A DNA stretch of 43,297 nucleotides from the NCBI RefSeq assembly GCF_001194135.2, contig NC_068985.1, positions 11,250,404-11,293,700 on the forward strand, in the 5' to 3' direction. Position 1 is the first letter of the stretch; each line of letters begins with the position of its first letter. Below the pieces are notes generated by a model. It worked only from the letters and a program-made list of their open reading frames with translations. It did not search any database and was not told the origin of the DNA. Made by a program: the position numbers and the translations under genes. This stretch comes from Octopus bimaculoides. Lineage: Eukaryota. Positions 13,960 through 23,865 of this stretch are shown piece after piece.

Positions 13960-14700
13960 TTCTGTTCCAAAATGTTTGCTTCAATTTCCAGAAACGATGT
14001 TTTGCTTTTGTTTGCATGATATGATCACCTCAGAGTGTTTATTGATCCCGTTTTCGCTGGATGTGATAATTTCCAGAGTTACTTCTAGGCATAAGATGCA
14101 TACGCATGATGTTGTATTGTAGAGGGCAGCGAGTTTATAATAGGCCAGTGGGTCATATGCTCCACTCCATTCTGTTTGCGCCTCCAGACGAGGTTCGAGA
14201 GTGATGTGGAGTGTCTGCTATTTACATTGGAAAATGATGTGAGATGGCTGCGCAGACAATTTTTCATGATGTTACCGGTACCACCAATGTACATGTATTT
14301 CTGTTGGCTTCTCCTGACATTTGTAGACTATATTCTTTATCATGCAGTTTTTGTTAAACCTGCATTCCTTTTTACGTTTACAGTTTCAGGTGATATTTTT
14401 TCCATTCTCTCAGCGGCGTTACTACTGGTGGTCCTCTTTCCTCTCTCCCCTGCAATTGTGTACTCATTTTCTCAAATAATACCTTCAGCTGTATAGTATT
14501 ATTTGGGTCCGTTTTTGCTATTGGTGAGCTTCTATTACTCCTATTTACAACCATTTCCTCATCGTATACAGAGCTACAGTTGCTTCGTATGTGATATTAT
14601 AGATTGTGATAAGTCACGCATGCTAATTTTACACTATGCCTGTTGTTGATTTTGTGATATTAGGAAGATCTTGGAAAGTGCCTATCTAATGATGCGAAGA
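13960..14700 (-). mobile_element. Penelope-like element GIY-YIG endonuclease / C-terminal relic
   Basis: Minus strand reads LDRHFPRSS*YHKINNRHSVKL, then NCKRKKECRFNKNCMIKNIVYKC, then YIGGTGNIMKNCLRSHLTSFSNVNSRHSTSLSNLVWRRK (VY..YIG.T..K.R..H..ST.LS..W), then INKHSEVIISC. Confidence 0.85.
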
Positions 14701-15198
14701 ATTCGTGACCTATTTTGGACTTTATTTGTGAACTGAAAATCGGGTTAAACCAAATAATTTCATCACTTATTTTTAGATTTCTTTTAATTTATCTGCTGTG
14801 TTTCTTAGTGTATTTTGTTTCCTCGGTTTCTACGATTTTATTATCATTATTTCTTTCGGCGTGCCCTTCTTTCTACCTATGGCTGATGTTTCGTGTGTCC
14901 TGTTTTATATCCATCCCTCTTAGTGTTATGGTTTTTTTTCTTTCTCTTTTCATTTCTTTCATATTAACTGTCTTTCTAGGTTTTTTCGTATTCTGAAGTT
15001 ATTTATGTGATTGTCTCTACTATTAACAACGCTCTCTGTATATCGTGCCTTCTCTGTTTTATTCTATTTATATACTATTCTATCCTTATATCCCACTCTA
15101 GCTAGTGCTTAGTTGTAATATCCGGCGTGCATATCGAATATCCGTTTATCCGCGAGATATAAAGATAGAATAGTATACACACAGAATAAGATAGAGAA

Positions 15199-15199
<1 letters not shown>

Positions 15200-15248
<49 letters not shown>

Positions 15249-15275
15249 TAGATAGATAGATAGATAGACAGATAA
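15200..15275. repeat. (AT)n-(AGAT)n microsatellite
   Basis: Direct inspection. Confidence 0.9.
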
Positions 15276-15573
15276 GTCTGTGCGTACATATAGACAGGTA
15301 TGTGTGTATAAGTATAGTTACCATATGAATTAAGATCCCCGTTGACAGGCCGCTGGCATTAAATATAGCGCTAAATACAGAAAGCATACAGATTAGTAGC
15401 TCCAATTATCTAAAGCTACAGGATTTGTTGTATATATAAACAGAATCGCTACTTGACACTCTGCCATTGACCAAGTGATTGTCCACACCTCTGATAAGAA
15501 CACAATTCCAGGAAAGTTGTTCACATTTTTGTCGCGTCTACGACGAAATAGTTACATAAATTCTGCGTCGCGT

Positions 15574-17226
15574 TCATGAGGTTACATTCACTCGCGTCAT
15601 TCGTGCTACATTCTTCCATCGATTCTTAAACATTTCTGCAGTCAGGCATTTCCTGCCTAGCTCTATTTTCCTTTTAAGGTGAAAGGTGAAATAATTCACC
15701 AGTGCAGATCTAGAGATGAAAATGCCTGACCTTAATCCTTTCATCCTCGTTCTCCAAATTACCTGTCTCGCAATTGCTACCACAGCGAGAAAATAAATCT
15801 TACCTTCTTTCGAGAGGAAATCCGGCGGGTCAATTTTTACTTTTGATTCAGACGATAGCTGTACTCTTCCTGTAACTGACAACAGTTGTTCAGCACACAC
15901 CCACACATCCGACACCTCCGAACATTGTACAATAGCGTGCGGAACGGTTTCCCTGTCCTGCCCACATCTTGGACAAGTCGGAGTGTCGGGGCCACCATGC
16001 CTTGCGAGTTTGTCCCGAAGAGGTAAGGCCCCTCGGTAACATTGCCATACCAGAGACTTCTGAAAGTTATCCAGGGTCATCGGCCCGAATGTACGTCGGA
16101 ACAGACTGGTCAGCTGATTATCGTCGAGACCAAGGGTTTCCCCTAAGGTGTCATCACATTTCGCCTCTGCAAGCCCTCTATAGAAGAATGCGGTGGAACC
16201 CCCACCGCAGGCATTGCCCGAGCGACGGAATGGCAGGAGTGCCTTGCGACGCTCCGTATACCATGCACCNNNNNNNNNNNNNNNNNNNNNNNNNNNNNNN
16301 NNNNNNNNNNNNNNNNNNNNNNNNNNNNNNNNNNNNNNNNNNNNNNNNNNNNNNNNNNNNNNNNNNNNNNNNNNNNNNNNNNNNNNNNNNNNNNNNNNNN
16401 NNNNNNNNNNNNNNNNNNNNNNNNNNNNNNNNNNNNNNNNNNNNNNNNNNNNNNNNNNNNNNNNNNNNNNNNNNNNNNNNNNNNNNNNNNNNNNNNNNNN
16501 NNNNNNNNNNNNNNNNNNNNNNNNNNNNNNNNNNNNNNNNNNNNNNNNNNNNNNNNNNNNNNNNNNNNNNNNNNNNNNNNNNNNNNNNNNNNNNNNNNNN
16601 NNNNNNNNNNNNNNNNNNNNNNNNNNNNNNNNNNNNNNNNNNNNNNNNNNNNNNNNNNNNNNNNNNNNNNNGAATACATTGGCTACCTCCGCCCTCCTTT
16701 TCAGGGATAGCCACCGCCAAAACCAGGTCTTGACTATGTGGGTTACCCTGCTCGATACCTCGGCCCAGTTATTCTCTATTTGGAGGTCTGGTCCAAACCA
16801 AACTCCTAGCAACTTAATCGGACCCTCCGTCCAACGTCCCACGACGCTGTCAGGAGGCATCGACTTGCCTCTCCAGGTGCCGAGCTGCAAGCCGACTGAC
16901 TTTTCACGATTAACTTTTGCTCCTGCTACCGTCTCGTAAACCTCAATGGCCTTGCCTACCCTCTCTAGGTGATCCAATTCGGTTACGATGACGGTGATGT
17001 CATCCGCGTAAGCTGAAACCAATTTTCCACAACCTGGCTCTCTCGGAATGCCGCTCAATTTTCGCAGTAATGACTCAAGGGTCATCACATACAAAATCGG
17101 GGAGAGCGGATACCCTTGACGAACCGAGAGTTTGATGTTGAATGGCTTCGATAAGAAGCCGTTCACCCGAACTACCGAGTCGATGAAAAGTATTGCAAAT
17201 CCACAACTCTCGCATCCTATGTACAC
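15574..17226 (-). mobile_element. Tx1-clade LINE ORF2: RT domains 3-7 plus C-terminal zinc-binding (zf-RVT) region; gap 16270-16671 inside
   Basis: SVRQGYPLSPILY, VSAYADDITV, IKLLGVWF, then LDNFQKSLVWQCYRGALPLRDKL..CPRC..DRETVPHAIVQC. The frame is open on each side of the gap. Confidence 0.95.
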
Positions 17227-18284
17227 AACCTTAAGAAGAAAAATAAGAAATACTCTCTGAAATGTTCGATTGTATCGAGAGCCCCTTATTTTAGAGCAAA
17301 TATTAGCAAATGTCTACTGTGTATTAGGGAATCCCTCAGTATACTTAGGTTGATTGGGCCGAAAACTTTAGACAAATTCATTGAAGTGATCCCCTTCTGC
17401 AATCATAGGTTTTCATCCACTTTCTTGAAGGTATATAGAAATAAAAATAAAAATATAAAATATAAATATAAATAAGATTATTTGTCTGCGTTAGAGTGAT
17501 TTGAAACCTGATGGATTACATTAGTTACTACAGCCAATTTGAATTTTTTTTTTGTTTTTTTCATGACGTAGACTAGTTTTTCCCTCTTGAATATTTAAGC
17601 CTGTTATATAGTAAAAAAGAATTTTTTTGCATGTCTTGATATTTGTTTGTAAATGTCACCCTGAGGAGGAGGTCATCACCGGATTGCTCTATGACGTGTA
17701 CGGACTACGGTGGTGAACCCTTGAAATGGCCATAGGTGCTTGTGTGTGTTTTGACCTATGTTTTTGACCAGTGGTTTGTAAGTTTGGTGAGCAGAGACGT
17801 ATTTTACCTATGGAAGTCTGCTATTATTACGTGTCCTTTGAGGTAAGTACAGGACCTTCTAATATAACTTTAAATGATGTTAAATTATTTTAAAGTTTTT
17901 GTCATTTTAAAGTTTTGTCATCAGATATAGTATTTTAGCCGATGGACTATCATAGTATTTTATTTTACTTCATTTTATCTTATTCTATTTTGCTTTATTT
18001 TTTCTATTTTTAATTTTTAATCGCTTAATTTTATTGGAATTCGAATTATAAAAAGATATATGTATTGTTATATTTTTAGCTCAAATTTGATTTATTTGTA
18101 TTTTATTAGTAGAAAAAAATATATATATAAATTTTTATATGTGGGTTTTATTTTATTTTTTATATATATTTTCTTATGTATCTGTGGTCTTTGATGTATT
18201 TCTTTCTATCTGATCGTTTATTGAGGGGACTGTTGTATGTTGAGTCGTTGACCGAAATGTAATGCTTTTATTCTGTAACTAATA

Positions 18285-18309
18285 ATTTATATATACATAT
18301 ATATATATA

Positions 18310-18350
<41 letters not shown>

Positions 18351-18370
18351 ATATATATATATATATGGAT
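18285..18370. repeat. (AT)n microsatellite with GT interruptions
   Basis: Direct inspection. Confidence 0.9.
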
Positions 18371-18461
18371 AGATAACTATGAAGAGACAGAGTGAGAAGT
18401 GGATGATCGTACACAATGTGTTAAAATATGTATATGATGGGCTAATNNNNNNNNNNAATAA

Positions 18462-18631
18462 AAATATTCAAGGGAAGTAACTGAACGTCTTACCAGTATT
18501 CTCCGTACATCTCTGTTTATAAATAAATCACACACGTGATTTGATTGACGTTAGGGTGTTATTTATTTATAAACAGCTAGAAGAAAACTGATAATACTGG
18601 TAAGTCGTTCAGTTATTTCCCTTGAATATTT
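18462..18631. mobile_element. ~170-bp palindromic MITE-like element
   Basis: aaatattcaagggaagtaactgaacgtcttaccagtatt pairs with aatactggtaagtcgttcagttatttcccttgaatattt (37/39). An inner stem ctgtttataaataaatcacac pairs with gtgttatttatttataaacag. Confidence 0.85.
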
Positions 18632-18839
18632 AAAAAAAAAATTTTTATCCCCCTAAACTTGAAGATTACCGAATTTTAACCTAGACGTGGTAAAATGAGG
18701 CACAAACCATTTTATGAGTTAGCGACAATTTCTCTGTATCTCATGTGGAAATTGAAACAGCAATGCCAGATAGTTTCAATAATTATTCCAAATATCTGAG
18801 AAATTTTATTCAGTTGGTAATCATAACATGCACGGGAAA

Positions 18840-18891
18840 GGCGGTGAGCAGACAGAAATGTTAGCACGCCGGTCGAACTGCTTCGCGGTAT
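18840..18891 (+). mobile_element. 5' part (A-box side) of a family-A tRNA-derived SINE interrupted by Tx1 insertions
   Basis: ggcggtgagcagacagaaatgttagcacgccggtcgaactgcttcgcggtat aligns with the intact heads at 23278 and 23649 and stops at the cggtat motif. Confidence 0.85.
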
Positions 18892-20523
18892 AACGTCTCC
18901 GTGAATTATTGTGAATACTGTTGTGTTACTTTGTGAAAATTGTCTCGGTGAATAATTGTGAATTTGGTGGAATTATTACGGTTGCATTTCACGTGAGCTG
19001 CTGCATTTTTCCCAGTTATGGCAAGTGGTAGTGTCTCCAGTATGGAGAGCTACGCCAAGGCCACTGCGGGTGAGGAAGCCAGTGCCTCTGGAAACCAAAT
19101 TAATCAAGTTGGATATGGAGGAGGTAACCAGAAGCAGGAATTTGATAGAAGTTGAGGGAGACTCGTACAAATTGTGTCCCCCAAAAGAGACTAAAGAAAT
19201 TAAAATTCTGAGGACAGTAGTGTATCGTACACAGGCTGTCGAAATCGGTAAAATTGAAATGGTGACGGAAGAGGAAATCGAGGAGTGCCTGGGTGAAACT
19301 GTCAATGAAGCCACGTACATCAACAGAGGAAGAAAGTTCGGTACGGTTGAGGTGAGGTTCGCCACTATAGAAGAGGCAACCAAGCATGCAACCAACATAT
19401 TAAGAAGTGAGAAAATAGCATTGCTACCAAGCCATAGAGGAAGAAGAAGTGTGAAAATGCGAATTCCTAGAGTTACACCAGATATTAAACCAGAGTGGTT
19501 GGTTGCAACAGTGCTGGCTGCAACCAAGGAGGAGCCGGAATTGGGACCAGTGGCGAAAACAGTGTGCAAATGGTGGGTATTTAGACTCGAAATGTGGCAT
19601 TTTGCCACATTCGAAGACATAGAAAGAATTCCCTACCAGATAGAAGTTGAAGACGAGAAAACGTTAAATGTCATAGTCGAGGGAAGAAAACCAAATTGTT
19701 ATATATGCGGGGAGAGAGGTCATATGAAGACCAAATGCCCTCTATATGAATTCACACAACCACAGCAAGAGAAAGCACAAACAGAGGAGGAAAGAATTGT
19801 TGACCACACTGAGGAAATAAAAGAGAGACAGAAGTGTGAAACGGAGAAAAGAAAGGAGAAGAACGAAAATGTGGCTACCCTAAAAAGCGAGGGAAAAATA
19901 AGTCAAAGGAACGGTCAACAGAAAACATAAAAGAGATAAAAGAAAGTCAGAAACTAATAATGTACAAGAAGAGGAGGAGAGAACGGATAAAGATGTAAAA
20001 TACAAGGGGCTTTTGATAAAGTACGAGAATTGCGAGCAGATGGAGAGAAAAGACGAGAGGTTAGAAGAAATAATAAGAGTGAAAATGCCAGAGAAATGTG
20101 CTGAAAAATGCATTTTGATACGTGAGGAAAGATGCTTCGAGTGCATAAAAGAACTTGGTGAAAATATAAAAACGAAACGGATATGGTTGTTGGAGACACC
20201 ACCCTCTAGAACTAATTATTTGCAGTTGTTAAGGACGGACGTAACAATGATTAATGGAAGAAAGGTAACGCGAGTGTTTTGATTTTTTTTGAGTAACAAA
20301 ACCGTTAAAATGTTAACATGACGTAGAACGTAAAAGTGAAAAACTGGATAAATGTAACCACCCGACTTCGGGGATCGAGTGGACATTGCGCCTCATTTTT
20401 TTCATTCTTGCATATTATCATTTTATTTTAATTACCCCGATTTTATGTTTGCGTTTTGTACTGTCTTTGTTTTGTGATGTCTTAAAAATTCTTTGTATAG
20501 CCCTTTATGGGTAAGAAAGAAAT
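18892..20523 (+). mobile_element. Element E1: ORF1-only Tx1-clade retroelement (5'UTR + gag-like ORF1 + 3'UTR/tail)
   Basis: gtgaa-rich 5'UTR, ORF1 with zinc knuckle, T-rich 3'UTR ending gccctttatgggtaagaaagaaat. Bounded by target-like motifs at 18886 and 20524. No endonuclease or RT motifs seen. Confidence 0.8.
19025..20282 (+). pseudogene. Tx1/L1-type ORF1 nucleic-acid-binding protein (RRM-like region + CX2CX4HX4C knuckle), probably with two frameshifts
   Basis: Open frame 19025..19930 has RGRKFGTVEVRFATIEEA and CYICGERGHMKTKC. An out-of-frame ATG at 19042 gives MESYAKA (SYA motif typical of the ORF1 N-terminus). An overlapping frame from ~19922 runs on to the stop at 20282. Confidence 0.8.
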
Positions 20524-20529
20524 CGGTAT

Positions 20530-21874
20530 AACGGCTCTCTGAAGTTAATACGTGGTGATTTTTTAATTGGTGTTTGTGCTGCTTTGCAGCGGTTTGGGTG
20601 TTTACGTGTGTAATTTGTTTGATCTTTCTCTCCTCTTACGAGAAGAGACAACTGGTTGAAGAATGTCTGAAGACAGTTATTGTTACTCAGACATGTCATC
20701 GTCCGAGGAGGAGTTGCTGGAGGCATTTAAGACAATGGACAAGAAACTGATAAAAGAGAAGCGGAATTTTGCTGATGTAGCAAGGTGTAAGGAAACAGAA
20801 GTGGATATCAGGAATTTGGAAGACAGAAAGAAGAAATGAACCGAGATGGGTTTGAAGTGAAGCTGTTGCCTTCCAAGCGGTTAAAAACGGAATTAGGGGC
20901 AAGACGATAATATATCGAACCTTTTCGATAAATAAATGAAAAATAGACCTTCTCACGATAGAACTGTAAGGCCCTACTGCTATTCCGGCGCTCGGGTAAC
21001 TCCAGCGGTGGGAGTTCCCCACGAATTTTATATAGTGGGTTGGTAGAGTCTGAATGTGACGATGGCTTCGTGGCGACATTAGGTCTCGGGTATGTTAAAC
21101 TGGACAGCCTGTTCCATCGTGCATTCGGGTTGAGAATGCTGGATATCTTCCAAAATTCCTTGACCTGACAATGTTACAGAGGTGCCTTGCTCGTTTGGGA
21201 TAAGCCCACAAGACATGGTAAGCGTCAGTTTCCGACCTGTCCAAGATGCGGGGGAGACAGGGAAACCGCCCCTCACGCTATTGTCCAGTTTCCGGTGATA
21301 TCTGAAATGTGGGTTTATGCTGAACATATGTTGTCCGGCGAAGGAAGAGTACGGCTGTCGACTGAATCAATTATAAAAATTGAACCACCGGGAGTTTTAA
21401 CAAACGAAGGTAAGAATTGTTTTCTCACGGTTGTAGCAATAGCGAAAGAGGCAGTATGGAAGACTAGGAAAAAAGGAATTAAGACAGGCAACTTTATCTC
21501 TGGCCACAATTTACGATCATTTTTTACTTTTCATTTGAAAAGGAAGGTGTGGCTGGAGAAGAGGTGTCTGTCGGAGAGAATGTTCAAAAAGAGATGGAAG
21601 CGTGTTGCCCGAGTGTTGTGCGTGCAAGGAACCGTATGATTAGGCTATAAAAGAATAATAAAAAAGGTACCAGCGATAGACCGTGGCTTGTGGGTTCGGA
21701 GCGTGGCCTTATCATCGCTACATTTGTGTTGTTTGTAGTGTTAATTCCATTCAATTTTTTTTATATTTCATATAATTTTTATATTCATATTTTATGTAAA
21801 ATCATAACGTATTACTGATCCTAATCAGTTGTTTTGTACATTTGTGTTTGGCCCCCTGTGGGCAATGAAGAAAT
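20530..21874 (+). mobile_element. Element E2: internally deleted Tx1-clade LINE (5'UTR + ORF1 N-terminus joined to ORF2 C-terminus + 3'UTR)
   Basis: ATG at 20663 gives MSEDSY...KRNFADVAR (58 aa). TIIYRTF..KIDLLTIE is homologous to E1 TVVYRTQ..KIEMVTEE. From ~20968, KALLLFRRSGN...QCYRGAL...CPRC..DRETAPHAIVQ runs to the stop at 21639 and is co-linear with 15574-16250. Tail gccccctgtgggcaatgaagaaat. Confidence 0.9.
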
Positions 21875-22045
21875 TGGTATTTCGTCTGTGTTTACGTTCA
21901 GAGTTCAAATTCCGCCGAGGTCGACTTTGCCTTTCATTCTTTCGAGGTCGATAAATTAAGTACCACTTGCGTAATAGGGCCGATCTAATCCACTGGCCCC
22001 TTCCCTCAAAATTTCGGGCCTTTTGCCTAGAGTAGAAAAAAATAA
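21875..22045 (+). mobile_element. 3' remainder (B-box, core, tail) of the split family-A SINE
   Basis: tggtatttcgtct...gagttcaaattccgccgaggtcgactttgcctttcattctttcgaggtcgataaattaagtacc...aaatttcgggccttttgcctagagtagaaa. Joined to 18840-18891 it gives a complete copy co-linear with 23649-23865. Confidence 0.9.
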
Positions 22046-22371
22046 TAACATACACAGGAACAAAAGTGACGTGCCATAATTTTGCTTGAATATCAATTTG
22101 TAATGCAAAGATTCATGTTTATCCCATACTATTCACATTCCTAATATTGCCTCTGGTATAAAATATCAAACCATCCGTTTACACAAAGCCTTTCAGAGTA
22201 ATCAACATATCGTAATAGATGCTTAGAAACACAAGCCTTCCCTATTTCTATAATCAAAAGGATGTAGTAGCAGTCCAAGTATAAGCTACTATATAAAACC
22301 AGCGTTCAGTGGCTGCACAATTGTTCTCGGTGTGGTCATTGCTATAAGTTACTTCTCAACTTTAAGTGTGG

Positions 22372-22747
22372 AGGCGCAATGGCCCAGTGGTAAGGGCAGC
22401 GTGATCGCGGTTTCGATTTCCAGACCAGGCGTTGTGAGTGTTTATTGAGCGAAAACACCTAAAGCTCAACGATACTCCGGCATGGTATGGTGGCGAACCC
22501 TGCTGAACTCTTTCACCACAACTTTCTCTCACTCTTGCCTCCTGTTTCTGTTGTGCCTGTAATTCAAAGGGCCATCCTTGTCACGCTGTGTCACGCTGTG
22601 TCACGCTGAATATCCCCGAGAACTACGTTAAGGGTACACGTGTCTGTGGAGTGCTCAGCCACTCGCACGTTAATTTCACGAGCAGGCTGTTCTGGTGATT
22701 GGATCAATCGGAGCCCTCGTCGTCGTAAGCGACGGAGTGCCAACAAC
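22372..22747 (+). mobile_element. Full-length tRNA-derived SINE (family C)
   Basis: Head aggcgcaatggcccagtggtaagg (A-box) and ggtttcgatttcc (B-box), GC-richer body, tail cgtcgtaagcgacggagtgccaacaac; internal (gtcacgctgt)x3. Confidence 0.8.
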
Positions 22748-22994
22748 TCTGAAGTAGATTGCTTCACTAAAATGATAATATCGTCAATTATGTTTAGTGT
22801 TTCATGTTCTGTATCCTGTTATATGATACGGATCCTAAAACAGTAAACACTTATCTGGATAAGGTCCTCTTATTGATTGGATTTACTGATGAAATAATCC
22901 GTGAAGAGTGCTTAATTCATTTATTTCTGAATTCGTCCGGCTAGCATTTATATAATGACTTCCGCTTTCGTTAGTTGATTTATACCTTGATGAG

Positions 22995-23170
22995 GAAATC
23001 ATTCACGTTGTGCAGATCACCTTTTCGGTATTTTGCTACGGTTCTCTACATTTGGAGTTCAAATACTATGAAGTCCTGTTTGCATTTTCACTAAATTCCT
23101 AAAAAAATATTTTCCAATCGAGTGCTGGGCTTGGGGTCAATTTATTTGACTAATTACTCCTAAACATTTT
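22995..23170 (+). mobile_element. Old, degenerate family-A-related SINE
   Basis: aatcattcacg...cggtattttgct...ggagttcaaat...gtttgcattttca...ggggtcaatttatttgactaa. Confidence 0.5.
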
Positions 23171-23277
23171 GCCTTTGTACAAATGTAAGAAATCAATATT
23201 TTTTTTTCTATTGACATTTCAATAAAAACGCTGTCTCCTTTTCGTTAAAGGTACTTTTGTAATATTAATATTGAATA

Positions 23278-23503
23278 GGGCGGCGTGCTGGCAGAATCAT
23301 TAGCACGCCGGGCGAAATGCTTAGCGGTATTTCGTCTGCCATTGTGTTCAGAGTTCAAATTACGCCGAGGTCGACTTTGCCTTTCATCCTTTCGGGGTCG
23401 ATTAGATAAGTACCAGTTACGCACTGGGTTCGATGTAATCGACTTAACCCCTTTTCCTTCATTGTCCCCTTTATGTTTAACCCTCTGTGAGTAATAAAGA
23501 AAT
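23278..23503 (+). mobile_element. Family-A SINE with Tx1-type 3' tail, flanked by a 16-bp target-site duplication
   Basis: A-box tggcagaatc, B-box gagttcaaatt, core gcctttcatcctttcggggtcg, tail gtttaaccctctgtgagtaataaagaaat. TSD atattaatattgaata (23262-23277) / atattaatattcaata (23506-23521). Confidence 0.9.
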
Positions 23504-23648
23504 TGATATTAATATTCAATAGAAGTGGTGGGGCGTCGCCATAATATATAGACGTCTCCTTTAGGAGATTATTGAAATAAGCGAATTGCTAATATGATGA
23601 ACTACCAAACAGGACTTTGATCAGTACTATTATGTCTACCGTTCTAAA

Positions 23649-23865
23649 GGCGGCGAATTGGCAGAAACGTTAGAACGCCGGGCGAAATGTTTAGCGATAT
23701 TTCGTTTGCTGCTACTTTCCGAGTTCAAATTTTGCCGAGGTCGACTTTTCCTTTCATCCTTTCGAGGTCGTTTAAATAAGTACCAGACACGTACTGAGGT
23801 CGATGTAATCGACTTACCCACTCTCCGAAAATTTCAGGCCTTGTGCCTCTAATAGAAATGATTAT
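23649..23865 (+). mobile_element. Family-A SINE with the alternative tail (aaatttcaggccttgtgcc...gattat)
   Basis: Same head and core as 23278, different 3' end. Confidence 0.9.

Noticed and set aside
10361-14700. Idea that the + strand PLE RT and the - strand PLE endonuclease are one inverted PLE
   Set aside because: They are 3.2 kb apart with an unrelated LINE between. From memory, the GVAMGT-type RT and the ST.LS..W-type GIY-YIG belong to different PLE groups (inference).
15535-15560. tatttcgtc (part of the SINE target motif) ~25-35 nt downstream of the minus-strand Tx1 stop
   Set aside because: No 3'UTR, hairpin or AAGAAAT tail and no SINE core follows; a post-hoc 9-mer match is insufficient
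17440-18285. T-rich block resembling a LINE 3'UTR, with ctgagga reminiscent of a hammerhead core at ~17662
   Set aside because: No GAAA or stem II for a ribozyme and no assignable element; left unannotated
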